From Promethearchaeota archaeon (GTDB lineage Archaea; Asgardarchaeota; Lokiarchaeia; Sigyniarchaeales; SOKP01), in the NCBI GenBank assembly GCA_030606485.1, contig JAUWGH010000004.1, positions 297,392 to 329,391 on the forward strand: a DNA stretch of 32,000 nucleotides, read 5' to 3'. The notes under the pieces were generated by a model. That model did not search any database, had not been told where the DNA came from, and saw nothing but the letters and a program-made list of their open reading frames with translations. The translations under genes were made by a program, and so were the position numbers. Of this stretch, positions 19,018 through 28,379 are shown piece by piece. Each line of letters opens with the position of its first letter. Within the stretch, counting starts at the first letter, position 1.

Positions 19018-20691
19018 TTAAATTTGATTCATTGCCCATTCCATTTCGAAATATAACTTTTGGAAATCTTCAGGATCTTTAATTTTCTTTTTATTATTTT
19101 TAACGCCAATTATTGCTTCAAAAAAATTATTTAATCTTCTTAAATTTGATTTTGAAATATTGGTTTTTCCTTTTACCATAATAATTAAATTAATTATATT
19201 TTCTACAGTAAAGGCTCGACCTTTTAATAAAGAATTGATTTTTCTCTCAAGCCTTCTGAATAGTAAAGTTAATGCTTGATTAAATTTACGATTATCTTTA
19301 TACCAATTAATTTTTCTTGCAAAGAAGGAAGAGGTCCGGAATTTCAATGTTTCTTCTTTCTTTTCCTCTTTTTTTTCTATCTCTTTTTCTTCTTCTTTAG
19401 CTTCTTTAGGTAAATATCTTTTAAGGGTATAAATTCCCAGTAATGGATAAATAAAGGCAGTTAGAGGATTTGTTGATAAATGAATTACATAACCAAGATA
19501 AAGGCCAAAAACGCCTGCAGATGATACATCTGGCAAATTTTCAGGTCTTATATGAGCCTCATCAAAAGCGATTATATAATTTGAAGGATTTCCAAAGGTA
19601 AGCCAGTTCAAAATATTTAATGCAAATTGTTTATTATCATAATTATCATTATTTATTAGTTCATTATCAAATAAACTGGCATCTGCAGAACAGAATATAC
19701 GGGAATGGCTTCCAACATCAGTTGCCATGAATACTGCTTGCGGGTACCCTCCTAATGGTATTGTAAAATCGCCTTTAATACCTAAAAATTCACCCATACC
19801 TCCAAATAAGGTATATCCATCATTTTCACTAGTATATATTCCATCTCCGTTTCTATCTACAAAGCTATATTGACTTGATTGGCCAATTAAACTCCATCCA
19901 AACATTTCAATAAATGGGCCACCTAAAGCACAAGATGATCTACTTAAAATTACATTGGAAATTCCTTGGGTTGTTGGGTGAAATTGGAAATTTGTTATAA
20001 TAGGGAATGTTGGATTTTTGTCATATGAAGCATTATCACGCAAAATTCCTTCAGGAAATATAGTTACGGGGAATGATCCAGCACTTGTAATTGCAATTTG
20101 ATATAATAATTCTGATGTACTTCCATGATCATGACATACAAATAGGGAGTTATTTCCTTTCATAAAATCAATAAAAAACGGAATTTCATATAATGGATTA
20201 TAAAAACGATTTGCTCCCATTATAATTAAAACTACAGGTTTATCAAGTCTCTGAGTTGCACTTAAGTCAGTTTGAATTGAAAAAACATTGTAACCATTCG
20301 CTTCGAGTGTATCTTTCAATTCAGAACATCCATTCCATTGAGAATTATGTATAGAAAAATTATGATCATTTTTTCCTTGATCTATTATAGAAGATAATAG
20401 AGGTATGAAAGATAAAACGAAAATTATAAGGAATAAACTCTGTTTCCAACTAATCTTCACTTTTTTCTCTGATTTTGCCTGTCGGGTTTTTAATTTTCTA
20501 GAAGCCATAATGAAAATTATAAGTCTAATTCCAATGATTCCGGCACCTAAGAAACATACCATTGGAAGGAAACTAACAAAATAGGGAGCATTCGTAACAG
20601 TAGACAATTGAATTCCCACTATTATTAAATACACAGTAAAAAAAATATAAACTATGTATTTTGAAACTACAACACTTTTTCTTTCTGGCAT
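19018..20691 (-). CDS. Membrane protein with DUF4350-like domain
   Basis: N-terminal two-TM hairpin, VVLIIMGANRFYNPLYEIPFFIDFMKGNNSLFVCHDHG, YIIAFDEAHIRPENLP and following TM segment. The position next to MoxR/DUF58 is typical of DUF4350-containing operons. Confidence 0.75.
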   Translation of the reverse strand: MPERKSVVVSKYIVYIFFTVYLIIVGIQLSTVTNAPYFVSFLPMVCFLGAGIIGIRLIIFIMASRKLKTRQAKSEKKVKISWKQSLFLIIFVLSFIPLLSSIIDQGKNDHNFSIHNSQWNGCSELKDTLEANGYNVFSIQTDLSATQRLDKPVVLIIMGANRFYNPLYEIPFFIDFMKGNNSLFVCHDHGSTSELLYQIAITSAGSFPVTIFPEGILRDNASYDKNPTFPIITNFQFHPTTQGISNVILSRSSCALGGPFIEMFGWSLIGQSSQYSFVDRNGDGIYTSENDGYTLFGGMGEFLGIKGDFTIPLGGYPQAVFMATDVGSHSRIFCSADASLFDNELINNDNYDNKQFALNILNWLTFGNPSNYIIAFDEAHIRPENLPDVSSAGVFGLYLGYVIHLSTNPLTAFIYPLLGIYTLKRYLPKEAKEEEKEIEKKEEKKEETLKFRTSSFFARKINWYKDNRKFNQALTLLFRRLERKINSLLKGRAFTVENIINLIIMVKGKTNISKSNLRRLNNFFEAIIGVKNNKKKIKDPEDFQKLYFEMEWAMNQI

Positions 20692-20723
20692 ATTTTAAAG
20701 ATGATTTTATCTTTTTAATTTAA

Positions 20724-21089
20724 TTAAAATCTGAATTGTTTTCCAGTTATTTCTGTATAGACTTTTGAAAACAAACTTAATGTGGCTTTGAAATCAGTTT
20801 CAGTAGGTTCAACTCCTCCGTATATCGTTTCCTCAATTTTTTGAATGAATGGATAAATAATTTCTGGATTTTGGCCTAATTTTTTTACGCAAGTTATTGC
20901 AAATTCACGAATAGTTTCGAAAAATTTTCTTGGTTGGCCAAATTTTTGCCGGATTAAATCAGTATAAATTAAATAAATGTATGCAATAGATTCTTTCATA
21001 CGATTTGTTTGATTTAATACTTGTATATTCCTTTTTTTACTTTCTATATCAAAAATGGGTTGTGATTTCTTTTTTTTACTTTTTGCCAT
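20724..21089 (-). CDS. Small soluble protein made of a DUF4129-like helical domain
   Basis: ETIREFAITCVKKLGQNPEIIYPFIQKIEETIYG aligns by eye with the C-terminus of the neighbouring 523-aa protein. Confidence 0.6.
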   Translation of the reverse strand: MAKSKKKKSQPIFDIESKKRNIQVLNQTNRMKESIAYIYLIYTDLIRQKFGQPRKFFETIREFAITCVKKLGQNPEIIYPFIQKIEETIYGGVEPTETDFKATLSLFSKVYTEITGKQFRF

Positions 21090-21147
21090 ATCATTTCACT
21101 ATTTTTATTTTTTTATATTTTTTTTCAATTTTTTATTTACCATATTA

Positions 21148-22719
21148 TTATTTCAATGTAATTTTATATCCGGTAAAATCATAAAATAATGTAATAAACT
21201 GAGAGAAAATTTCTTCAAAATCTTCTTCACTAATTTTACCTCCACTTCCATATAAAATTTGTTCAATTTTTTTTATGAAAGGATATATTTTTGAAGGCGG
21301 AAGCCCCATATCTCTAACACATTTAATGGCATAATCATTAATCGTTTCATTAGACTTCTTTATTACTCCATATTTAGCTTCACTAAGTTGTAAAAAGACA
21401 TAAAATAGATAAACAACTGATTCTTCACGCCTATCGGTATCTTTAAGTATAGTTATGTTTTTTAACTTATTTTCGAGAGGGATTTGGACAACTTTAGGCT
21501 CAGCAGCTTGTCTCTTACTAAAAAAATAAACGGCAGTAATAATTCCCGCTATTATTACAATTAGAATAATAATTGTAACTGGATTAATTAATAATCCGCC
21601 CGGGGGAGGTGGTTCAGCACCAGCAGTGACATTAACAATGATTGATGATTTTACTGGGAGATGGAGGAGATTATCAGTTGAAACAGTTAATGTACCATTT
21701 CCTGATGGCATAAAATTAAATGAAAAACCACCACTACTATTTGTTGTTAAATTTTTAATTAAAACTCCACCAAATTCAATATTAATTGATCTGTTAAATA
21801 TTTTAAAGGAGGAATTTGTGGATGATGTTAATTCTCCTCGAACAGTTATATTCTGCACTTCGGTGATGTTCTTAGGTATATCCCATTTGCATGTGAAGTT
21901 TGAAAATACCAATAAATTATTAATTATTAAACTTGATTCATAAATGTTTGGAGAACCGGTGAAATTAAGAACCAGCTCAATTGAACTCCAACTAGTAGAA
22001 GGGAGAGAAATTTGTCCAGAAAAAAGTCCATTTAAATCGGTTGTTATAGTGCCTTGGTGTGAGTCTGAACCATTGATTCTCCAATATGCATCTACATCTG
22101 TTGTAGAAATTCCAGAATTATTATCAAAATATAAATTTCCTTTAATTTTATAATTTTCACCATTAACTTTAGGATTATAGTTTGTCTCTTTATAGAACAT
22201 TTTTGAGTCTGCTGAAACATAAATAAGGTAATAGTGATTGTATTTCGTATTTTTAGGATCTGTTACATTTATATTGATTATATGTGATTGATAGATATTA
22301 ACCCACATAGGTATTTTTGTTGTTATTGTAAAATTTCCAGTTGAGTCTGTTACATCTTTTGCACCAATACTTTCTCCAAAATCTATTCCATCGAAAATTA
22401 ATGTAACATTTACATTGGGTTGACCTCCACCTAAAAAAGGGTTATATACAATTCCCTTTACTGTTATTGATTCATAATGCTTAAAATGTGAATTATTTAC
22501 TTCAGTTGGATTTGTTAAATTTAAAAAATAACTATATACTATACTTGGTCTTGGGCTTAGACCTTTTTCGATTTTATTTTCATTTATTAAAGTTTTATTT
22601 GAATAAAATGAAACATTTAACCAAATTATGAAAAATGTAATTATTATTATGAGAAGAAGTTTCATATTTTTTAAGTTTTTGTAGGGATACAATTTATTTT
22701 TCACCTTAATTACACCCAT
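21148..22719 (-). CDS. Membrane-anchored protein: extracellular Ig-like domains, one C-terminal TM, cytoplasmic DUF4129-like domain
   Basis: N-terminal TM (LLLIIITFFIIWLNVSFYS), beta-rich Asn-rich ectodomain, TM (NPVTIIILIVIIAGIITAVYFFS), then ETINDYAIKCVRDMGLPPSKIYPFIKKIEQILYG. Its start codon overlaps the end of the upstream 1471-aa ORF by 10 nt. Confidence 0.75.
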   Translation of the reverse strand: MGVIKVKNKLYPYKNLKNMKLLLIIIITFFIIWLNVSFYSNKTLINENKIEKGLSPRPSIVYSYFLNLTNPTEVNNSHFKHYESITVKGIVYNPFLGGGQPNVNVTLIFDGIDFGESIGAKDVTDSTGNFTITTKIPMWVNIYQSHIININVTDPKNTKYNHYYLIYVSADSKMFYKETNYNPKVNGENYKIKGNLYFDNNSGISTTDVDAYWRINGSDSHQGTITTDLNGLFSGQISLPSTSWSSIELVLNFTGSPNIYESSLIINNLLVFSNFTCKWDIPKNITEVQNITVRGELTSSTNSSFKIFNRSINIEFGGVLIKNLTTNSSGGFSFNFMPSGNGTLTVSTDNLLHLPVKSSIIVNVTAGAEPPPPGGLLINPVTIIILIVIIAGIITAVYFFSKRQAAEPKVVQIPLENKLKNITILKDTDRREESVVYLFYVFLQLSEAKYGVIKKSNETINDYAIKCVRDMGLPPSKIYPFIKKIEQILYGSGGKISEEDFEEIFSQFITLFYDFTGYKITLK

Positions 22720-25700
22720 GGCAACCTAATTCTGAATTCTAATATAAAATTATCTCCATAATAAGTAGCAAATACTCTATCAGCAAGATCCCATCCCGAT
22801 TGTATTGTAATATATCCCCAAAATTCACCTCCGACTAAAGTAGTATAAGATATTTCTGCATATACATATCCTTGGGAATCTTCAAGAGTCATATTTACAT
22901 CATATCCAACCATAGCAATTCCATTATCCCAAGTTAAATTTCCGTGAATTGTAATTATTTCACCCTCACCAAAATAATCTTCAAAATAAGAATCATAGTA
23001 TCCATCAATTATATTGGTTCCAGCGGAAACATTAAGGACTTTTGGCATGCTACTATTTGAGATCATATAATCATTGAGGTTTATGCTACAAAATGGATCT
23101 GGATGATCAATAATTGTTCCATTAAAATCAACCCGTATATCATATTTACCATATGGTATCGATATATTGACTTTGAATATAAACATGTAATCCCAATTAG
23201 TATTCTGAGATATAATCATAGAAGGATAATAACCAGCTTGGAAGATAAGATAATCGGAGTAATCATTTGAATTATTAAATAATTTAATTGTAACTTCCAC
23301 TTGCTTCATTTTTATATTATTATATGTATCCTTAACAGACCCAGATACATTTATCCAATCAATGTTTCTAATAACAACATCATTCTTAACAACAGAAATT
23401 TCTACATTTTTACTTCCATTCAATATAATAAAAGTATAATTTAGGAAATCATAACCATCCAATTGATATAATACTTTGATTTTATGAGGACCTACGACCC
23501 ATGATTCATTTATGTTAGATATAAACTCTATGTATCCATCTTCATCTGTTTGGCCAGAATTTAATAACCTATTTTCATAAACATCGTATAGAAATACATC
23601 ACCATATTGCTCAGGATTCTCGCCACACATTACTTTTACTGTGAAATTAACATTATCATTACGGTTAAAGGATTGAGGGGGATAATTATTATCATAAGTA
23701 GGTAATGCTTCATTTCCATCTATCCAAAGAGCAATTGAGATACTATAAGGATCTTTTATTTTTAAATCCATTATAGTAGATGTTGATGTATTAATATAGG
23801 TAAGGAAGAAATTATGCGGAAAATCATTGTCTTGATTTAAATAATAAAAGGTTCCATTAAAATCAATTCTTAAGGAATAATTTCCAGCCGGAATAGTATT
23901 ACTTACATCAAAATTTAGATCAAAGGTACCATCTGCACCACAATAATAAGGATTAGTGCTAGGATATATAGGAATGAGTTGTGTATTGAATTTATTATTA
24001 TTTTTAATTAAATTTACAGTAATTTCTGCATATTTTATAGGTCTATTATAAAGATCATCAACAATTGTACCTTTTATATTAAACGCAGTGTCTATTGAAC
24101 CACTTCGATTAATAATATTTGGAACAGGCTTTGGTGGATTTATTTCTATTCTGATGGCTTCATATATAATGAAATAAGAGTAATTCTTTAAACTGCCCAA
24201 TTCCCATTCCGCATAAACCAAATGTGGTCCTGCCAATAAATCACCGGCGTTTAAATAATATGTAATATTTGCACATCCATTCTCATCTGTAGTTTTTACA
24301 CCTATTTCGGAATTATTTGTTTCATCGAAAAATCTGACTAATTCTCCCTCTAAAGGACCGCTTCCACCTTGAAGATTAATTTTTAAATTTAATTCTTGAG
24401 TTCTTTTTACAATTGGTTGTTCATACTCAGAAGTTGAAGTTCCATTTATCCAGAAATCAAGGATTTGAATATCTGGAGCTTCAATTTTTAAATCCATCAC
24501 TGTAGATGTAGATGTGTTTATATAGGGAAGATTGAAAAGATATGGATAATCTTGACTTAAGTAATCAAATATTCCGTTAAAATCGATTCTTATAGAATAA
24601 TTTCCAGGAAGAATGTTATCATCAACATTAAAATTTAGATCAAACGATCCATATTCACCACAATCAAAAAGAATAGGATATGGAGGTTGTAGATAGCTAG
24701 AATAATCTACTAAATTCTTAAATAATCTTACAGAAACTTGTGCATATTTTATGGGATTATTGTTTGTGTCATCTAGAATAGAACCTTTTATATTAAATGT
24801 GTAATCACCCACATCAATTCGATTAATAATATTAGGAACCGGTCTTGGTGGATTAAGATCTATTCTAACATTATCATCCAATATAAAATATGAATAATTC
24901 TCTTGACTACCACATTGTGCATAAATTAAATGAGGTCCTGCTATTTTATCATAATCTAAATTATAATTAAAGAAGATCTCTCCATTAAAGTTAGTATCTT
25001 CAGTATGTATTGGTGGTCCTAAAGGATCTTCTGTAATATCGTATAAATTAATTGTTCTCCCTTGTAAAGGCCCACCACTTAATGAATATAATACTACTCT
25101 CAATTCAACCGAAGTGTTTCTTTTTACTCTAGGATTAGAAAAATCATCAGAGGGATACCCATTAATAAATAAATCTAAAAAGATAGCATCGGGATTTATA
25201 ATTTGAACAGAGATTTCTGAACTAGAATCACTTAATTGAGGATATGAATAAAATTGAGAAAAAACTCCAGAAAGAAATCCGATTTGAAATGATCCGTTAA
25301 AATCAACTCTAATACCATATGTTCCGCTCACTACATGATCATTCACATATACAATAATGTTATAATCTCCATCATTATCAGTTAATTCAGAATCGGGAGT
25401 GAATGCTAGTGAAATCTTATTATTAGATGAATCTAAGAGTATAAATTCCACCTCTCCATTAGAAACTCCCTTTCCGTTTAAGGGATCAAAAAGTACTCCC
25501 ATTATTCTAGTATTACTGCTAACGGTTTTATCAATAATAGTGGGATCAACATCAGTAAGATTTACTTCTATGGGTGCATTTAGAAAATAAATAGTGTAAT
25601 TAATAGTAAATCCCGTAGATGCTTGAATTAGATGGGGTCCTGCAACAGTCTGATCGTTAATATCAACTATTATGGAGCATTTACCATCATTATTTGTTAT

Positions 25701-27125
25701 TCCTTCACCTAAATTTGGATTATTTTCCGTTGAATCCTCAAAAATAATAGTTATTCCCTCTTGAGGGGTTCCGTCTGAAAAAAGTTCTGCAATAATTTCA
25801 ACTGAATCCCCGCGAATTACGGGAGTAGTTGTATTAGTATAAACATTTAATTCCATTTCTTCAAAAGTTAAGGGATTTCCTCCTCCAAAGCTTTCAAATA
25901 AAACATCCATTTCAGTCCAGACACCAGATCCATCAACAGCTAATGGAACATAAATTTCTGACCATGAATAAAGATTTAACCTTCTAATTATCGAATAGTT
26001 TTTATCTTCTTGAGCATTATAATGTTCGCTCGGATAGATAGGGAATTTTCGAGAATTGAAACCATCAACATATCGACTTGCAATTCCAAACGCACGAGCA
26101 AATGCTGTAAAAGTTGCAGCAAAATCAGAGAAAATTCCAGATTGTTCACCACAAAACCATTCAACTACGTCTTGTCCATGAGCGGGGCGATTATAAGGAG
26201 GAAGGACATCAATATCAAAATTTTCTTGCAAATAATTTCTAATTTTATTAGCTTTTACATATGCATTATCTGTAGAATTAATAATTGCATCTAATGCATC
26301 ATAATGGCTTTTAAAATTTGGATTATTTAAGATATATCCTGGTATGCCTCCTGGGTCTGGTAATTGATAATATTGATCTTTTATCGCATTAGGAGTATAA
26401 GTTTCCATAACAGCGGAAGTATTTAATTCAGTTGGACTCATAACGGATTCGCTAAATAAATCATATGTAAGATTACAAGAATATGCTTCATCAAAAGAAA
26501 AGCTCATTGATGCTACATTGAAAATATCTTTATATAATAGAAGAGAACTTTCATCAAATTCAGGTGACCATGGATCTACCCATGAATGCTCCCACGGATG
26601 ATCCATAATGTAAGGTGTAGGGAATAAGGCGGGAATTACCAATGAATTTTCTCCTGCTGTTGCATCAATTGGATATTTTATTCTTATTATATCTCTATCT
26701 GAATAGTCATTATTATAATCATGCCAGTAAGTAAATTCTGTTGGGCTTACCCCAGATACTGATTGGGACCAACTCCCATCGTTATTATATTCATCCGCTA
26801 CAGAGAATTTCCATAGCCAAGATTCATCAAAAGGATCATAATCTTCAATATAAAAAACTGCTTCTCCAGCGTGTTCTAGGAGGTCATCATAATCGAGAAG
26901 ATCCGTCAAATTAAACATATCAAATGCAATATCGAATAATTCTGCCTCTTCTTCTGGTGCATTTGCTAATTCATCTGATGGAGTTGTTCTTATACCGAAT
27001 ATTAGCCCAAATAAAGCTATAGAGCCCAAATATAGCCCAAAGAGTAAGATAGCTATTAATATTATTGAAATAGCTTGCTTTATTGTATTTCCTTCAGTAA
27101 TAAGCTCCTTTCTTCTCTCAGACAT
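22710..27125 (-). CDS. Large surface protein: N-terminal TM anchor, transglutaminase-like domain (apparently catalytically inactive), tandem Ig-like modules
   Basis: TM IKQAISIILIAILLFGLYLGSIALFGLIFGI. Transglutaminase-core pattern SGIFSDFAATFTAFARAFGIASRYVDGFNS...LNLYSWSEIYVP...GVWTEMD. The long C-terminal region has repeated AGPHLIYA and GNYSIRIDFNG motifs. Confidence 0.85.
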   Translation of the reverse strand: MSERRKELITEGNTIKQAISIILIAILLFGLYLGSIALFGLIFGIRTTPSDELANAPEEEAELFDIAFDMFNLTDLLDYDDLLEHAGEAVFYIEDYDPFDESWLWKFSVADEYNNDGSWSQSVSGVSPTEFTYWHDYNNDYSDRDIIRIKYPIDATAGENSLVIPALFPTPYIMDHPWEHSWVDPWSPEFDESSLLLYKDIFNVASMSFSFDEAYSCNLTYDLFSESVMSPTELNTSAVMETYTPNAIKDQYYQLPDPGGIPGYILNNPNFKSHYDALDAIINSTDNAYVKANKIRNYLQENFDIDVLPPYNRPAHGQDVVEWFCGEQSGIFSDFAATFTAFARAFGIASRYVDGFNSRKFPIYPSEHYNAQEDKNYSIIRRLNLYSWSEIYVPLAVDGSGVWTEMDVLFESFGGGNPLTFEEMELNVYTNTTTPVIRGDSVEIIAELFSDGTPQEGITIIFEDSTENNPNLGEGITNNDGKCSIIVDINDQTVAGPHLIQASTGFTINYTIYFLNAPIEVNLTDVDPTIIDKTVSSNTRIMGVLFDPLNGKGVSNGEVEFILLDSSNNKISLAFTPDSELTDNDGDYNIIVYVNDHVVSGTYGIRVDFNGSFQIGFLSGVFSQFYSYPQLSDSSSEISVQIINPDAIFLDLFINGYPSDDFSNPRVKRNTSVELRVVLYSLSGGPLQGRTINLYDITEDPLGPPIHTEDTNFNGEIFFNYNLDYDKIAGPHLIYAQCGSQENYSYFILDDNVRIDLNPPRPVPNIINRIDVGDYTFNIKGSILDDTNNNPIKYAQVSVRLFKNLVDYSSYLQPPYPILFDCGEYGSFDLNFNVDDNILPGNYSIRIDFNGIFDYLSQDYPYLFNLPYINTSTSTVMDLKIEAPDIQILDFWINGTSTSEYEQPIVKRTQELNLKINLQGGSGPLEGELVRFFDETNNSEIGVKTTDENGCANITYYLNAGDLLAGPHLVYAEWELGSLKNYSYFIIYEAIRIEINPPKPVPNIINRSGSIDTAFNIKGTIVDDLYNRPIKYAEITVNLIKNNNKFNTQLIPIYPSTNPYYCGADGTFDLNFDVSNTIPAGNYSLRIDFNGTFYYLNQDNDFPHNFFLTYINTSTSTIMDLKIKDPYSISIALWIDGNEALPTYDNNYPPQSFNRNDNVNFTVKVMCGENPEQYGDVFLYDVYENRLLNSGQTDEDGYIEFISNINESWVVGPHKIKVLYQLDGYDFLNYTFIILNGSKNVEISVVKNDVVIRNIDWINVSGSVKDTYNNIKMKQVEVTIKLFNNSNDYSDYLIFQAGYYPSMIISQNTNWDYMFIFKVNISIPYGKYDIRVDFNGTIIDHPDPFCSINLNDYMISNSSMPKVLNVSAGTNIIDGYYDSYFEDYFGEGEIITIHGNLTWDNGIAMVGYDVNMTLEDSQGYVYAEISYTTLVGGEFWGYITIQSGWDLADRVFATYYGDNFILEFRIRLPWV
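23090..25860 (-). repeat. Four tandem protein-level two-domain (A-B) Ig-like modules, period about 705-730 bp
   Basis: Marker A (AGPHLIQA / AGPHLIYA / AGPHLVYA / VGPHKIKV) near 25.63, 24.93, 24.22 and 23.49 kb alternates with marker B (GTYGIRVDFNG / GNYSIRIDFNG / GNYSLRIDFNG / GKYDIRVDFNG). Boundaries are approximate. Confidence 0.75.
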
Positions 27126-27356
27126 ATATTTGTATTCTCATAAAGATTATTATATATTTGTAATAACATAAAAATAAAAATAGAAATATATAATTTAGCT
27201 GTATTTCTAGAAATGTAGAACATTCAAATTTTTTTATTTGCTGATTAGATATTAAAATTTAACAAGAATATTTACAAAATCAGAAAAACAACTAGAAGAA
27301 ATTAGAAAAAAAGAGATAAAATATATTATTCGAATAAAAAGAATTTAGATAAACCT

Positions 27357-28238
27357 TTAAAATTCATAGCCACATTTGGTGCATATATTTTTCTTTGCGT
27401 AAATTGGTTTAGGAATGTAGGACACTATTTTGGTTTTGTCTTCAACCTCTTTAATCGCAGTAGAGCCACAATTAGGGCAAACTCTTCTTATTCCAGTACC
27501 TAATCCAATTGCGGGAGATATTATTGGTTCAGTTGAAGGCATTGAGGGTGTCGGTTCAGTTGAAGGTATTGAGGGTGTTGGTGCTGGTGTTGGCATAGTA
27601 GGTTGTTGGCTAAAAGGATAAGGACTTGTAGAAGCAAGTGTAGAAGGCATTACAGGTTTTGGCTCTTTTAATTCTTCAATTCTTTTATTTTTTGCTGAAA
27701 TTTCTTGGGTTAATTCATTTACTTTTGCTTGTATTGGACCAATTTGTTGTTTTAATTGAACATTTTCAGCCGAAAAGTAACGTGCTTGAGTTTGTGCTTC
27801 TGCTAATTGTGTTTGTAGTTGTTGAATATGTGAATTGAGTTGATTTACCTGATTTTTATGGACTTCCATCGATTGCTGGAGAGTAGCAAGTTGTTGGTTT
27901 AGTTGATTAATTTGAGCATCCTTTTGAGTTGCAATATTTTGTAATTCATTAATTTGATTATTTTTATTTTGCAGTTCGGTCTCTAACTGGTTAATTTGCC
28001 TATTCAAATCTTGTACTTGAGTTTGAATTTGACCTATATCTACTGAAGATATTTGGGTGGATGGCAATGGTGGTTGTGGCGCTGGAGGGGGAGAAGGTGT
28101 TTGTACTGGGGGAGGAATCGGTGGACTTATCGGAGGCGGGATTTGAGTAGGGGCTGGTGGTGGAGGTGTGTATGGAGGTGCTCCTAAAGGTTTTTTTTCC
28201 TCTTCTTCTTCTTTTTCAGGATCACGTTCATCTGACAT
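27357..28238 (-). CDS. Polyproline N-terminus / coiled-coil / C-terminal zinc-ribbon protein
   Basis: PPYTPPPPAPTQIPPPISPPIPPPVQTPSPPPAPQPPLP; heptad-rich QIQTQVQDLNRQINQLETELQNKNNQINELQ...; CPNCGS...CTKCGYEF at the C-terminus. Confidence 0.75.
   Translation of the reverse strand: MSDERDPEKEEEEEKKPLGAPPYTPPPPAPTQIPPPISPPIPPPVQTPSPPPAPQPPLPSTQISSVDIGQIQTQVQDLNRQINQLETELQNKNNQINELQNIATQKDAQINQLNQQLATLQQSMEVHKNQVNQLNSHIQQLQTQLAEAQTQARYFSAENVQLKQQIGPIQAKVNELTQEISAKNKRIEELKEPKPVMPSTLASTSPYPFSQQPTMPTPAPTPSIPSTEPTPSMPSTEPIISPAIGLGTGIRRVCPNCGSTAIKEVEDKTKIVSYIPKPIYAKKNICTKCGYEF
27526..27579 (-). repeat. Two tandem copies of a 27-bp unit within the coding sequence (encodes repeated PSM/IPSTEPT)
   Basis: ggttcagttgaaggcattgagggtgtc (27526-27552) followed by ggttcagttgaaggtattgagggtgtt (27553-27579); two mismatches. 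Confidence 0.9.
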
Positions 28239-28379
28239 TTTAAATCATTTAAATTATTTTAAAATAATTCTCTAAGTAAAAAATAGATAGACATTTAAAT
28301 TTATATATTTATAGGTCGCTTAAAAAAAATTTAATGTATAGAGAAAAAAAAATTTAAAAAATTTTTTAGATTAAAATGA

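Noticed and set aside
21626-22153. Plus-strand ORFs of 105 and 69 aa
   Set aside because: Antisense within the 523-aa membrane protein gene.
25399-26294. Plus-strand ORFs of 63 and 94 aa
   Set aside because: Antisense within the 1471-aa surface protein gene, including its conserved transglutaminase-like region.
27526-27579. Short tandem repeat considered as CRISPR or regulatory iterons
   Set aside because: Only two 27-bp copies without spacers, in frame in a low-complexity coding linker.
27430-27621. 63-aa plus-strand ORF with GVEGIEGVG repeats
   Set aside because: Product of reading the Pro/Ser/Thr-rich linker repeat on the wrong strand; the minus-strand zinc-ribbon/coiled-coil protein explains the region.
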